DNA of 64,000 nucleotides from Octopus vulgaris. Lineage: Eukaryota. The notes beneath the pieces are model-generated. The model was not told the origin of the DNA and did not search any database. It was given only the letters and a program-made list of their open reading frames with translations. Numbering within the stretch: the stretch's first letter is position 1; every line of letters starts with the position of its first letter. Where the stretch lies: positions 23,808,001-23,872,000 of the forward strand of contig OX597822.1 of assembly GCA_951406725.2 (NCBI GenBank), in the 5' to 3' direction. This document shows positions 54,482 through 64,000 of the stretch, piece after piece. Position numbers and translations under genes: made by a program.

Positions 54482-54655
54482 CATATATATACATATATAT
54501 GCACATATATTCATATATATGCATATATATATACATACATATACATACATATAAATATATGTATATATATACATACATACATATACATACATATACATAC
54601 ATATACATATATACATATATATATACTTATATATGCTCATATATTCATATATATA

Positions 54656-54733
<78 letters not shown>

Positions 54734-54776
54734 CATACATATAATATATCAATATATATTTACATACATATATGTG

Positions 54777-54817
<41 letters not shown>

Positions 54818-54925
54818 CTGTATGTATATATGTATGTATGTATGCATGCATGCATGCATGTATGTATGTATGTATGTATGTATGTATGTATGTATGTATG
54901 TATGTATGTATGTGTGTGTGCATGT
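54240..54925. repeat. Compound (CA)/(TA)/(TATG) microsatellite, representative of dozens of such tracts
   Basis: Direct inspection; source of the YI/HT/VC/MYVC pseudo-ORFs. Confidence 0.97.
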
Positions 54926-56825
54926 ATACACACGCAAATATACTTAAATAATACCATCGCAGCTAAACAAATAAATATATAATGAAATAATGAAATAACG
55001 AAGCGTTGCATGTTTATTGCATTCAGCTCGGCTATTCAGTTCTTCGGCCATATTGATTAGTGGTTTTGTTTACGATGTTGGAAAGACATTACACAAGAAA
55101 TACTTTGATTAACTCCGGACGAGAATGTAATGAACAAATATCAAATTACCGATATTAAATGGCAGGAGAAAAATAAATATATATAATAGAATGAAAGGTG
55201 TTAGAATCTTTTACTCTTTTTTTATGGATATTTGTTAGTTTTTGGTAATTTCTTTCTTTTTTATTGCGAACGTGGATTATAAATGAGTATAGAATTAATG
55301 AGAAGAACAATAATGTATATTGATAACTATATGTGTGTATATATTTACATGTATGTATATATGCACATATTATGTGTGTGCGTTTGTGTCTATACGTACG
55401 TTTGCAATATATGTATGTATTTTCACTTACTTATTTCAATCATTAGATCGCACCTATGCTGGGGCAATGCCTTGACGGGTTTCAGTTGAACAGACTGATC
55501 TCAGTACATATTTTCTTAAAGTCTGGTATTTATTCAATTTGTCGCTTTTACCTAACCGCTAAGTTACGAGAGGGGAACAAACACAGACACAAAGACAAGC
55601 AAGCGTATATAGCGCGACGACACTTTGGCAGTCAGACAACTGAGAGGGCCAGGCTGATTTCCACCTAACTAGGACTGACTCTTTAACTGTTTCTTTAAAC
55701 CTCAAGACTTATTCTTTGAACCCTCCCATAAGTCCAACGAAAATATAAAATATATTAATAAGCATCCTTCCAACCCGGATATTATATTTAAGAACTTAAT
55801 TCCTAACATTAGCCATAGAATCACATGCTTTTCTTCAGTTAGAGAAATATTTGAAAAGGCATCCCTATATTATATAAAGGATAGTGGTTTTACAGATAAA
55901 ATCTTTTATAACCCCTTCGACCATCTAGTAAGAATAGGTCCTGCAATATTTTATGGTTTGCCTCGCCCTTTTTCTTAAATGTTAGGATAATTAGAGGTAA
56001 AAGATCCAAACTCTTATTAAAGAATCACTTTCCCAGCAACCATAGTTGTAGTAAGATATTTAATAGGCAAATAATCGAAATATTTCTGTCCTCCTAATGT
56101 CAAGACCTATATCAATAAGCAATTGATGATTCGGACTAGTCCTAGGTGAGCATGCAGAGATAACTCTAAATTTCCTCTTGATATCTCCTCCGTTGTTTAT
56201 GAGGCACAGGTAATGACAAACGATGGTACAGGCCGGACAGATATCAAACGCTAAATGGGAGTCAGGGAGGGGAAGTTTAAATCTAGATACGATAACCATC
56301 CTTCTATCATTAGGCACCTTGAGAAGAGATATACAACAATCCCCTTGGCATTAATCTGGAAAACTAAGAATGCGAACATCAACCATGTCTTCAAATGAAA
56401 GACCCTTTATATTAAAGGGACAAAATGTTTCGTGTGCTCGCTTGAAAACTACCTCGTTTAAAGAACCTAAATCTCCAGAGACTGTATAAATACTAAAAGC
56501 GAGATTTTTTCATCATGTCTGCAGTTTACAAAGTACATCTTAGCAGATTTAAAGATAAACCATCGGACAGATCATGACTCATTCAAGTGTTGGTTTATGA
56601 CATTTTGAACAATCGTAAAAGACTGCCTATATTTGTTGTGTGTTAATTATATCCCCAAAATACGCATGACCATTCAAACATTGGTTATATCTAACGCAGG
56701 TACTACAGCGTCATAGTGACTTGAAAATGGCAAGATTAGCTTCATAGTTCGACAAGGACAACCTGTGTAACTGAAATTCACAAGACTTTTCTGTGTTTCT
56801 AATTTATAATACACACACACACACA

Positions 56826-56900
<75 letters not shown>

Positions 56901-56920
56901 TCATGCATCACAAATATGGA

Positions 56921-57003
56921 GGCTACATATGTTTCCTGGCTAGCAGAACCTCGGAAGTAATAATTACTCAACGAGGGGTACTCCACTAGCCATTCATCAG
57001 GCC
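56921..57003 (-). ncRNA. Type I hammerhead ribozyme, extended stem II
   Basis: Minus strand: GGC-CTGATGA-aTGGCTAG..CCTCG..AGTAAT t ATTACT..CGAGG..CTAGCCAg-GAAA-CATATG-TA-GCC. Confidence 0.78.
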
Positions 57004-57154
57004 GAAGATACCCCAATTATATGAAGGTCACATTGCCGTTAAGGAATCCCAAGTTAACCCGTCGAAGATTCAATTTATATGGTATCTTCGGTCTAGAAGC
57101 ATTCATGATGGATGTGAGAACTTTACAGTTTCAAACAAACTACGAGGAGTGGAT

Positions 57155-57537
57155 GGAAGCACTCCGTCGGTTACGACGATGAGGGTTCCGGTTGATCCGA
57201 ATCAACGGAACAGCCTGCTCGTGAAATTAACGTGTAAGTGGCTGAGCACTCCACAGACACGTGTACCCTTAACATAGTTCTCGGGGATATTCAGCGTGAC
57301 ACAGAGAGTGACAAGGCCGGCCCCTTGAAATACAGGTACAACAGAAACAGGAAGTAAGAGTGAGAAAAAGTTGTGGCGAAAGAGTACAGCAGGGATCACC
57401 ACCATCCCCTGTCGGAGCCTCGTGGAGCTTTTAGGTGTTTTCGCTCAATAAACACTCACAACGCCCGGTCTGGGAATCGAAACCTCGATCCTATGACCTC
57501 GAGTCCGCTGCCCTAACAACTGGGCCGTTGCGCCTCC
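57155..57537 (-). mobile_element. tRNA-derived SINE (family C) with 16-bp TSD
   Basis: ACTACGAGGAGT(G/A)GAT at 57139 and 57538. Similar to 45490-45862 (+) and 50432-50797 (-). Confidence 0.92.
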
Positions 57538-57647
57538 ACTACGAGGAGTAGATACGAAAACATAAAAAGAAATTAAATTATATTTCTGGAGAGTTAACTT
57601 CGGACTCCTTAACGACAGTGTAACTTTAATACAACTAAGGTATTTTC

Positions 57648-57730
57648 GCCCTGATGAGCAGTCAGCGGATTGCCCCTCGTTCAATAGTTATTACTTCCGA
57701 GGATCTTCCAGCTAGGAAACATATGTAGCC
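57648..57730 (+). ncRNA. Degenerate hammerhead, inverted copy of 56921-57003
   Basis: CTGATGA...CCTCG..CGAGG...GAAA-CATATG-TA-GCC. Core intact; stems I and II carry mismatches. Confidence 0.6.
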
Positions 57731-57973
57731 TGGATATTTACCCACTCCATCCCATCAATTCGAATTGTTATTCACGTTCATAGCAACCCTAGTTGCTAAC
57801 AGTGAACTATAGAAAAACCTATTTTCGGCTTATCGATCTTCGTTATAGGGAAAGCCTACAACCTTCTACGCCAATAAACTATTATTGTTCCTGAAAGTTG
57901 TTTTTAATACCTATCACGGACTGCCAGAAGCTTACTAACTTCCTACACCAAGATCTTTGGATCTTACAATTAC

Positions 57974-58004
<31 letters not shown>

Positions 58005-58208
58005 TGTATGTATGTATGTATGTATGTATGTATGTATGTATGTATGTATGTATGTATGTATGTATGTACGTATGTACGTACGTACGTATGTATGTATGTA
58101 TGTATGTATGTATGTATGTATGTATGTATGTATGTATGTGTGCGTACGTGCGCGTGTGTCTGTGTGCGTGTTTGTGTTGATAGACAGATAGGCAGGTGTT
58201 TCTCTTTC

Positions 58209-58247
<39 letters not shown>

Positions 58248-58729
58248 CATGTGTATACATATATATGTGCGTGCATTTAGTGTATGTGTGCGTGTGTGGT
58301 ATGTGAGTACGTGTGTGCATGTTCAAGCGCGTGGGTTTGTGTCAGTATGAAAAAGAAGGCATACCTATAAGCAATACCCCCTCCACACACACAAAACAAA
58401 ACAAAACAAAAACTAGCTTATCAATAAAAGTAGTTTGGTGACCTTGAAACGTCGATATAATTGTCTTTAGACAGCTTATGTCATTGATCTCTTATATCCT
58501 TACAAAACAACATCCTTAGTAAAGAGTCGATCGAGCGGAAGGCAATGCCTACCTGCTACTTATTTTGAATCGATTTCAGGAGAATGAAAAGTAAAATCGA
58601 ACGAATAAGCCACAAAATATTATTGGTACTTATTTTACCGACACGGGTACATACCGGATGATAAAAGGCAAATTCGATCTTGAACTGATAAAGAAGCCAT
58701 TATATGTGTATCAAAGTTTCTACAGACAA

Positions 58730-59280
58730 GAGCTAATCTCCCTCAAATTACATCCCAGTTTCTGCTGGATTAGAGCTAACCAGGGGTTAGATGAAACTAA
58801 ATACTGTGATGTATTTTTTAAAATGCTAAAGGTCGCTCGATCTTCTAGAAAGAGAAATTAAATCTCTTTTAAATCATACCCCTCTGTCCGCCGGATTAGA
58901 GTTAATCTGGGACTAGACGAAATTAAATAGAGTAATGTATTAAAAGAAGGTTTAAATGTCGCTCGGTCTGCGAAAAACATGAAATAAATCTCCGTCAATG
59001 TCCCACTTTCTGCCGAATCAAGGCTCATTTGAAGTTGCAACAGTTAAAGACGAAACTAAACACTAAGGTATTAAAAGAAAGTTAAAGAATGCTCGACCTG
59101 CAAGAGACAGTAGTCAAATCTCCCTCAAATTGCATCTCAATGATAGCTGGATTAGAGCCAATCTGGGACTTAACAGAGATAACAACCAAATCTCCCTCAA
59201 AATACGTGCCAGCGTAATCTGGATCAGCGCTGATACGAACCTAGACAGCAGTAAGGTACGAAACTAAATATTAAGGTATA
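58730..59280 (+). repeat. Diverged ~126-bp tandem array, 4-5 units
   Basis: AATCTCC(C)TCAAAT at ~58735, 58860, 58986, 59116, 59188, followed by GGATTAGAG and GAAACTAAA motifs. Confidence 0.7.
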
Positions 59281-59347
59281 TACATACGCATGCATACATA
59301 CATACATACATACATACATACATACATGCATACATACATACATACAT

Positions 59348-59384
<37 letters not shown>

Positions 59385-59696
59385 TACATGCTAAAATAAA
59401 GACTTAAACAGCAAACAAGATTGACCAAAACAATTAGAACACTTGATTGGTGACATATAAATCGAATGATTAAAATCAAATTCAAGCGGCAACCTCTACA
59501 CGAATTACAATGACATTACCTTTTATAAAGAGAAAGCAACATACTCCAACATTACTTCGTCCTGAAAGCGAGACCGTGATGGTTTAGAAACATTCTTGAT
59601 GGATTTGAGAACTTTACAGTTTCAAGCAATCTACGAGGAGCAGATAAGAAAATATAAAAAATAAGATATAAAATATATTTCGTTGACAGTCGTATA

Positions 59697-59927
59697 CTCT
59701 TTAGTCTATTTTTTTTACTTGTTTCAGTCATTTGACTGGCCATGCTGGAGCATCACCTTTAGTCGAGCAAATCGACCCCAGGACTTATTTTTTGTACGCC
59801 TAGTACTTATTCTATCGGTCTCTTTTGCCGAACCGCTAAGTTACGGGGACGTAAACACACTAGCATCGGTTGTCAAGCAATGTTGGGGGACAAACACAGA
59901 CACACAAACATATACACATACACATAC

Positions 59928-59976
<49 letters not shown>

Positions 59977-60138
59977 ACGGGCTTCTTTCAGTTTCCGTCT
60001 ACCAAATCCACTCACAAAGCTTTGGTCGGCCCGAGGCTATAGTAGAAGATACTTACACAAGGTGCCACGCAGTGGGACTGAACCCGGAACCGTGTGGCTG
60101 GTTAGCAAGCTACTTACCACACAGCCACTCCTACGCCT
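59697..60138 (-). mobile_element. SINE family A
   Basis: Full-length reverse-complement copy. Confidence 0.9.
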
Positions 60139-60361
60139 ATATACAATACTTCAAACATTCCCTCCTCTCTCTCTCTCACTCTCTGTCTCTCATTCTCTCT
60201 CGCTCTCTCGAATATACATACATATACATGTACATCTACAAGCGTATATACATGTGTGTATAAACGTACATACATATATACATACACGAATATTACGGTG
60301 GACTCTCTTGTCGTAAATGACAGATTAGGGTTCACCAACTCCTTGCTAAACAATCTGCATA

Positions 60362-60590
60362 CATTCGTGGTCAAAAGTTTGGAACATAGGTCTGAACATT
60401 AGAATTGTTTATATTTAATGCCCGAAGTTATATTTGATATATAACTGACGATGGGATCAGTTGTTAGGTCAGAGTATCTCTACGTTGTATATATTCGAAT
60501 TTAATTATATTTGGACATAACAATTAAAAAATTTTTTTTTAATGTTCCAATGTTCCAAAACTTTTGGCCACAAACTTTTGGCCACAAATG
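60362..60590. mobile_element. Tc1-type MITE
   Basis: TIRs CATTCGTGGTCAAAAGTTTGGAACA / TGTTCCAAAACTTTTGGCCACAAATG, with a short tandem duplication in the right TIR. Confidence 0.7.
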
Positions 60591-60867
60591 TTTATAGTGA
60601 TGATCAGATGTCTGCTCTGTTCATTAGCTCAATCGTTCCCTCCAGACACCTGTACAGGTGAACGGTGTGCTACACGTCAGATATCGAGGTGATCATAGAG
60701 CAGTGTGAATCGAACTGTTTTGCTGAAAGAAAAAAAAAAGAAATAAACAAATGTATCGCCCAATCCGCGAATCGAAATCACGATCCTAACTAGATTAGAG
60801 CAACACCATAACTACCAACCCACGCCGCTCCACCGAGCATACTTACAGGCATTTAACCAATTATATA

Positions 60868-60919
<52 letters not shown>

Positions 60920-60942
60920 TACATATATATATATATGTATAT

Positions 60943-61088
<146 letters not shown>

Positions 61089-61545
61089 ATATATGTGTAT
61101 ATATATACATATATATATGTATATATATAATATACCCACTCACTCATATACACGCACGCAGACAGACACACTTATGTAAAGTTTATATATACACTCGTAT
61201 ATATGTAAACATATATATATATATATATGACGTAGAACTCATGTAAATATAGATGTATGTTGGCTCTTAACAGCAGACAGTAAAGATAAGGTTCATTGAT
61301 TAAGTTGCACTCGTTAACTTAAGCTAATTAAATACAAGCCGTGGTGGTATTCAATAGATAAAGATCGGTTTCATTCCTTTCCTCTTTGTCTCCCAACCCA
61401 CCGTTCCTTTATAGTGTTTGCATCACAACCTCTACCCCACCCTCCCTCTCTCACTCTCTCTCTCTCTTTCCGCTTCGTTAATCCACAGATAAAATATTAT
61501 ATATATATAAATATATGTGTACGTATGTATGCATATGTATAGATG

Positions 61546-61628
<83 letters not shown>

Positions 61629-61838
61629 CCCACCTTCTGTCTTACACTCCATCTGCCTATTTCACCACCACACTTCTCTTACTGCGGTGCACTCAGATAT
61701 ATAAGTAACTTTGATCCTCATCAATATCTATTTGTACTAAAGTACTCAGTCCAATACAAGTGTGTCTGCATTTGTATGTTTATGTCTATGTATATATATA
61801 CATACATATGTATATATGTATATACATACATATATAAT

Positions 61839-61957
<119 letters not shown>

Positions 61958-62571
61958 TGTACATTCGTACGTACGTATGTATGCATTTACTATACATGTA
62001 TGTGTGCGTAAGTGTATTTATATAATACTGTATTATAGATCCATTTCAGCCGATTTTACCAGTCGGTTTCGTACAGAGAGTTTGTGAAAGCCCAACTCCC
62101 GGCACTGACCAGAATACCTGATATGAAGCGTATGGCCCTATCTTTATATCCTTTCGTCTTCTACACTATATATTTATATCCCACTCTTCTTACATGAGGT
62201 GGGATTAGGTTTTCCCCAAAAAATCTGGTGAAAGAAACCGATTGGTATAATCGACTGAAATGGATCTCTAGTGCTGTATTGTATAAATATTTACATCTCT
62301 TTTTTGACAGATATACGATTGCATGTTTTTCTATCTGACGCATGGATCTTTAAACTAATATACATATATACATACATGTATGTGTCTGTGTGAGCGCGCG
62401 TGTGTGCTTATGCATAAGTATATCTATTTATGTTTGCCTATGTATATATATTGTTGTTTTTAGGAATGGTCTTTTTGCCAGTTTAGCCAATAAAAACACA
62501 CGCACTATATATTTGGTGTTACTTTGCTTCAGCGTTATTTATTTTTTACATTAATCTTAATCTTATTTCGG

Positions 62572-62611
62572 CCAGAGTTCTTTCATCACACTTCTGTGAC
62601 TTCATCAGTGG
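62572..62611 (-). ncRNA. Minimal hammerhead ribozyme
   Basis: Minus strand: CCA-CTGATGA-aGTCACA gaag TGTGAT-GAAA-G aa C-TC-TGG. Confidence 0.68.
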
Positions 62612-62817
62612 TTCTTTGCTTTTTTTCTTTCATATTTGTGTGTCAGCCATTTTGTCAGCCATTTTGTCTATGAATATATAAATATTTATATTTTATTATA
62701 TATTATGTATCTATGAATATCTGACTCTGTCAATCTCTTTCGTCCACCCTCTTCTCCTTCCTTCTCTCTCTCTCGCTCTCGCTGTATATACATAACAACT
62801 AATGGATAATGTTTCAA

Positions 62818-62900
62818 CCTACTACAGCTGTTTCCAATGAGTTTTTAACTGATTAATGGAGAAATTACATTATTGGAATAAGCCGTTTTCATCAGGTGAA
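62818..62900 (-). ncRNA. Degenerate hammerhead-like motif
   Basis: Minus strand: TTCAC-CTGATGA-(54 nt, poorly paired)-GAAA-CAGCTG-TA-GTAGG. Same stem III as 8702 and 29191. Confidence 0.45.
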
Positions 62901-63265
62901 TACATGAATCACAACATTTAAATACATTCAACATCCAACAGTTTATGCCATTTCATGATTCTATGACCAGTACTGCTCTTCAAGTTTAAAACACCAAAAG
63001 GGAAATAAATGAAACAGAAGGATGTTACAATTTCTGCGTTTGAACGACTGGCTGCAACAGATGGGGAACGTAAGACGTGAACTTGCGTTCGTAGAGGGGA
63101 TATAGAAGAAAAGAGAAAATTTGTGAAAGAGGGAGGAGAAAAGAGAAATGAAAAGTGGAAGAGAGTGCGTACAAGTGAGATAGAAGCCCCGAAAGGTTTC
63201 ATGTCTGAATTTAAAACGCTGCTGCTTCCGTTTATTTGAGTGACGCCATCTTGGATTGTTACATA

Positions 63266-63360
<95 letters not shown>

Positions 63361-63472
63361 TGCGTGTGTGTGAGTGTGTGTGTGTGTGTATTTGTGGCAT
63401 TTTGTTTTTACGGTCTTTCGCTCTCTCTACTTTATATGTAAGTGTCAGTGTGTGTGTATGTATATAGATAGG

Positions 63473-63524
<52 letters not shown>

Positions 63525-64000
63525 CATATAAAAACAAAAGTACAGATATATAACCATGCATATGTACATATACACGTATATATAAATATACATATATATG
63601 AATATGCATGAACATACTTTTATATACCATGTATGTATATATGTATATGTACATATATGTATATATACACACATATACATAGATATATCATATGTATATA
63701 TGATATATATATATATATATATATATACATACGCAGACACATATATGTATATATGTATGTGTGAATATATGTCCATACACACACACATACGCACACACAT
63801 ATATATATTTCTATATATATGTGTGTGTATGTATTATGTATACATATACACACTCTACTCACTATCTCCACTTGCGGTTCGTTAAGCAACGCCTACGTCG
63901 ATATTATTTAACATCGTCTGCTTACCCCATCCACAATCAAGCATTCTCCCTATTACTGTCTGTAAGCATATGATATGATATAAATTTTCTTCTTTCTCTC

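Larger units (their letters stand above)
56913..57740. mobile_element. Inverted-repeat element (~165-bp arms, each with a hammerhead), probably PLE inverted pLTR pair
   Basis: 56913-57080 is a diverged reverse complement of 57575-57740. A SINE is inserted in the spacer. Confidence 0.7.

Overview
Repeat-saturated, AT-rich eukaryotic DNA with no recognisable host gene; the tRNA-derived SINE families and (TA)/(CA)/(TATG)/(GATA) load point to a coleoid cephalopod, probably Octopus (inferred). Almost all listed ORFs are microsatellite or SINE translations. Coding remnants are all from mobile elements: a near-complete but twice-frameshifted Neptune-type Penelope-like element (PLE; RT plus GIY-YIG, 30516-33140), the 3' end of a second PLE family in inverted arrangement (33500-34672), two R4/Dong-type LINE fragments, a DD36E Tc1-like fragment and two mariner fragments. 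Non-coding elements include Helitrons, MITEs, a fold-back element and dozens of SINEs. The main signal outside the ORF track is about ten minimal type I hammerhead ribozyme folds on both strands, most with palindromic stem III and several with variant cores (UUGAAGA, CCGAAGA, CCGAUGA) or long stem II. They include a head-to-head hammerhead pair at 56.9-57.7 kb, alongside tiny fold-back-plus-tail insertions in (TA)n tracts. Also seen: a young ~450-bp inverted duplication seeded at inverted MITE copies, and an interleaved mosaic at 33.5-34.0 kb that looks like a consensus of filled and empty alleles. All folds and alignments were done by eye, and coordinates of degenerate repeats are approximate.
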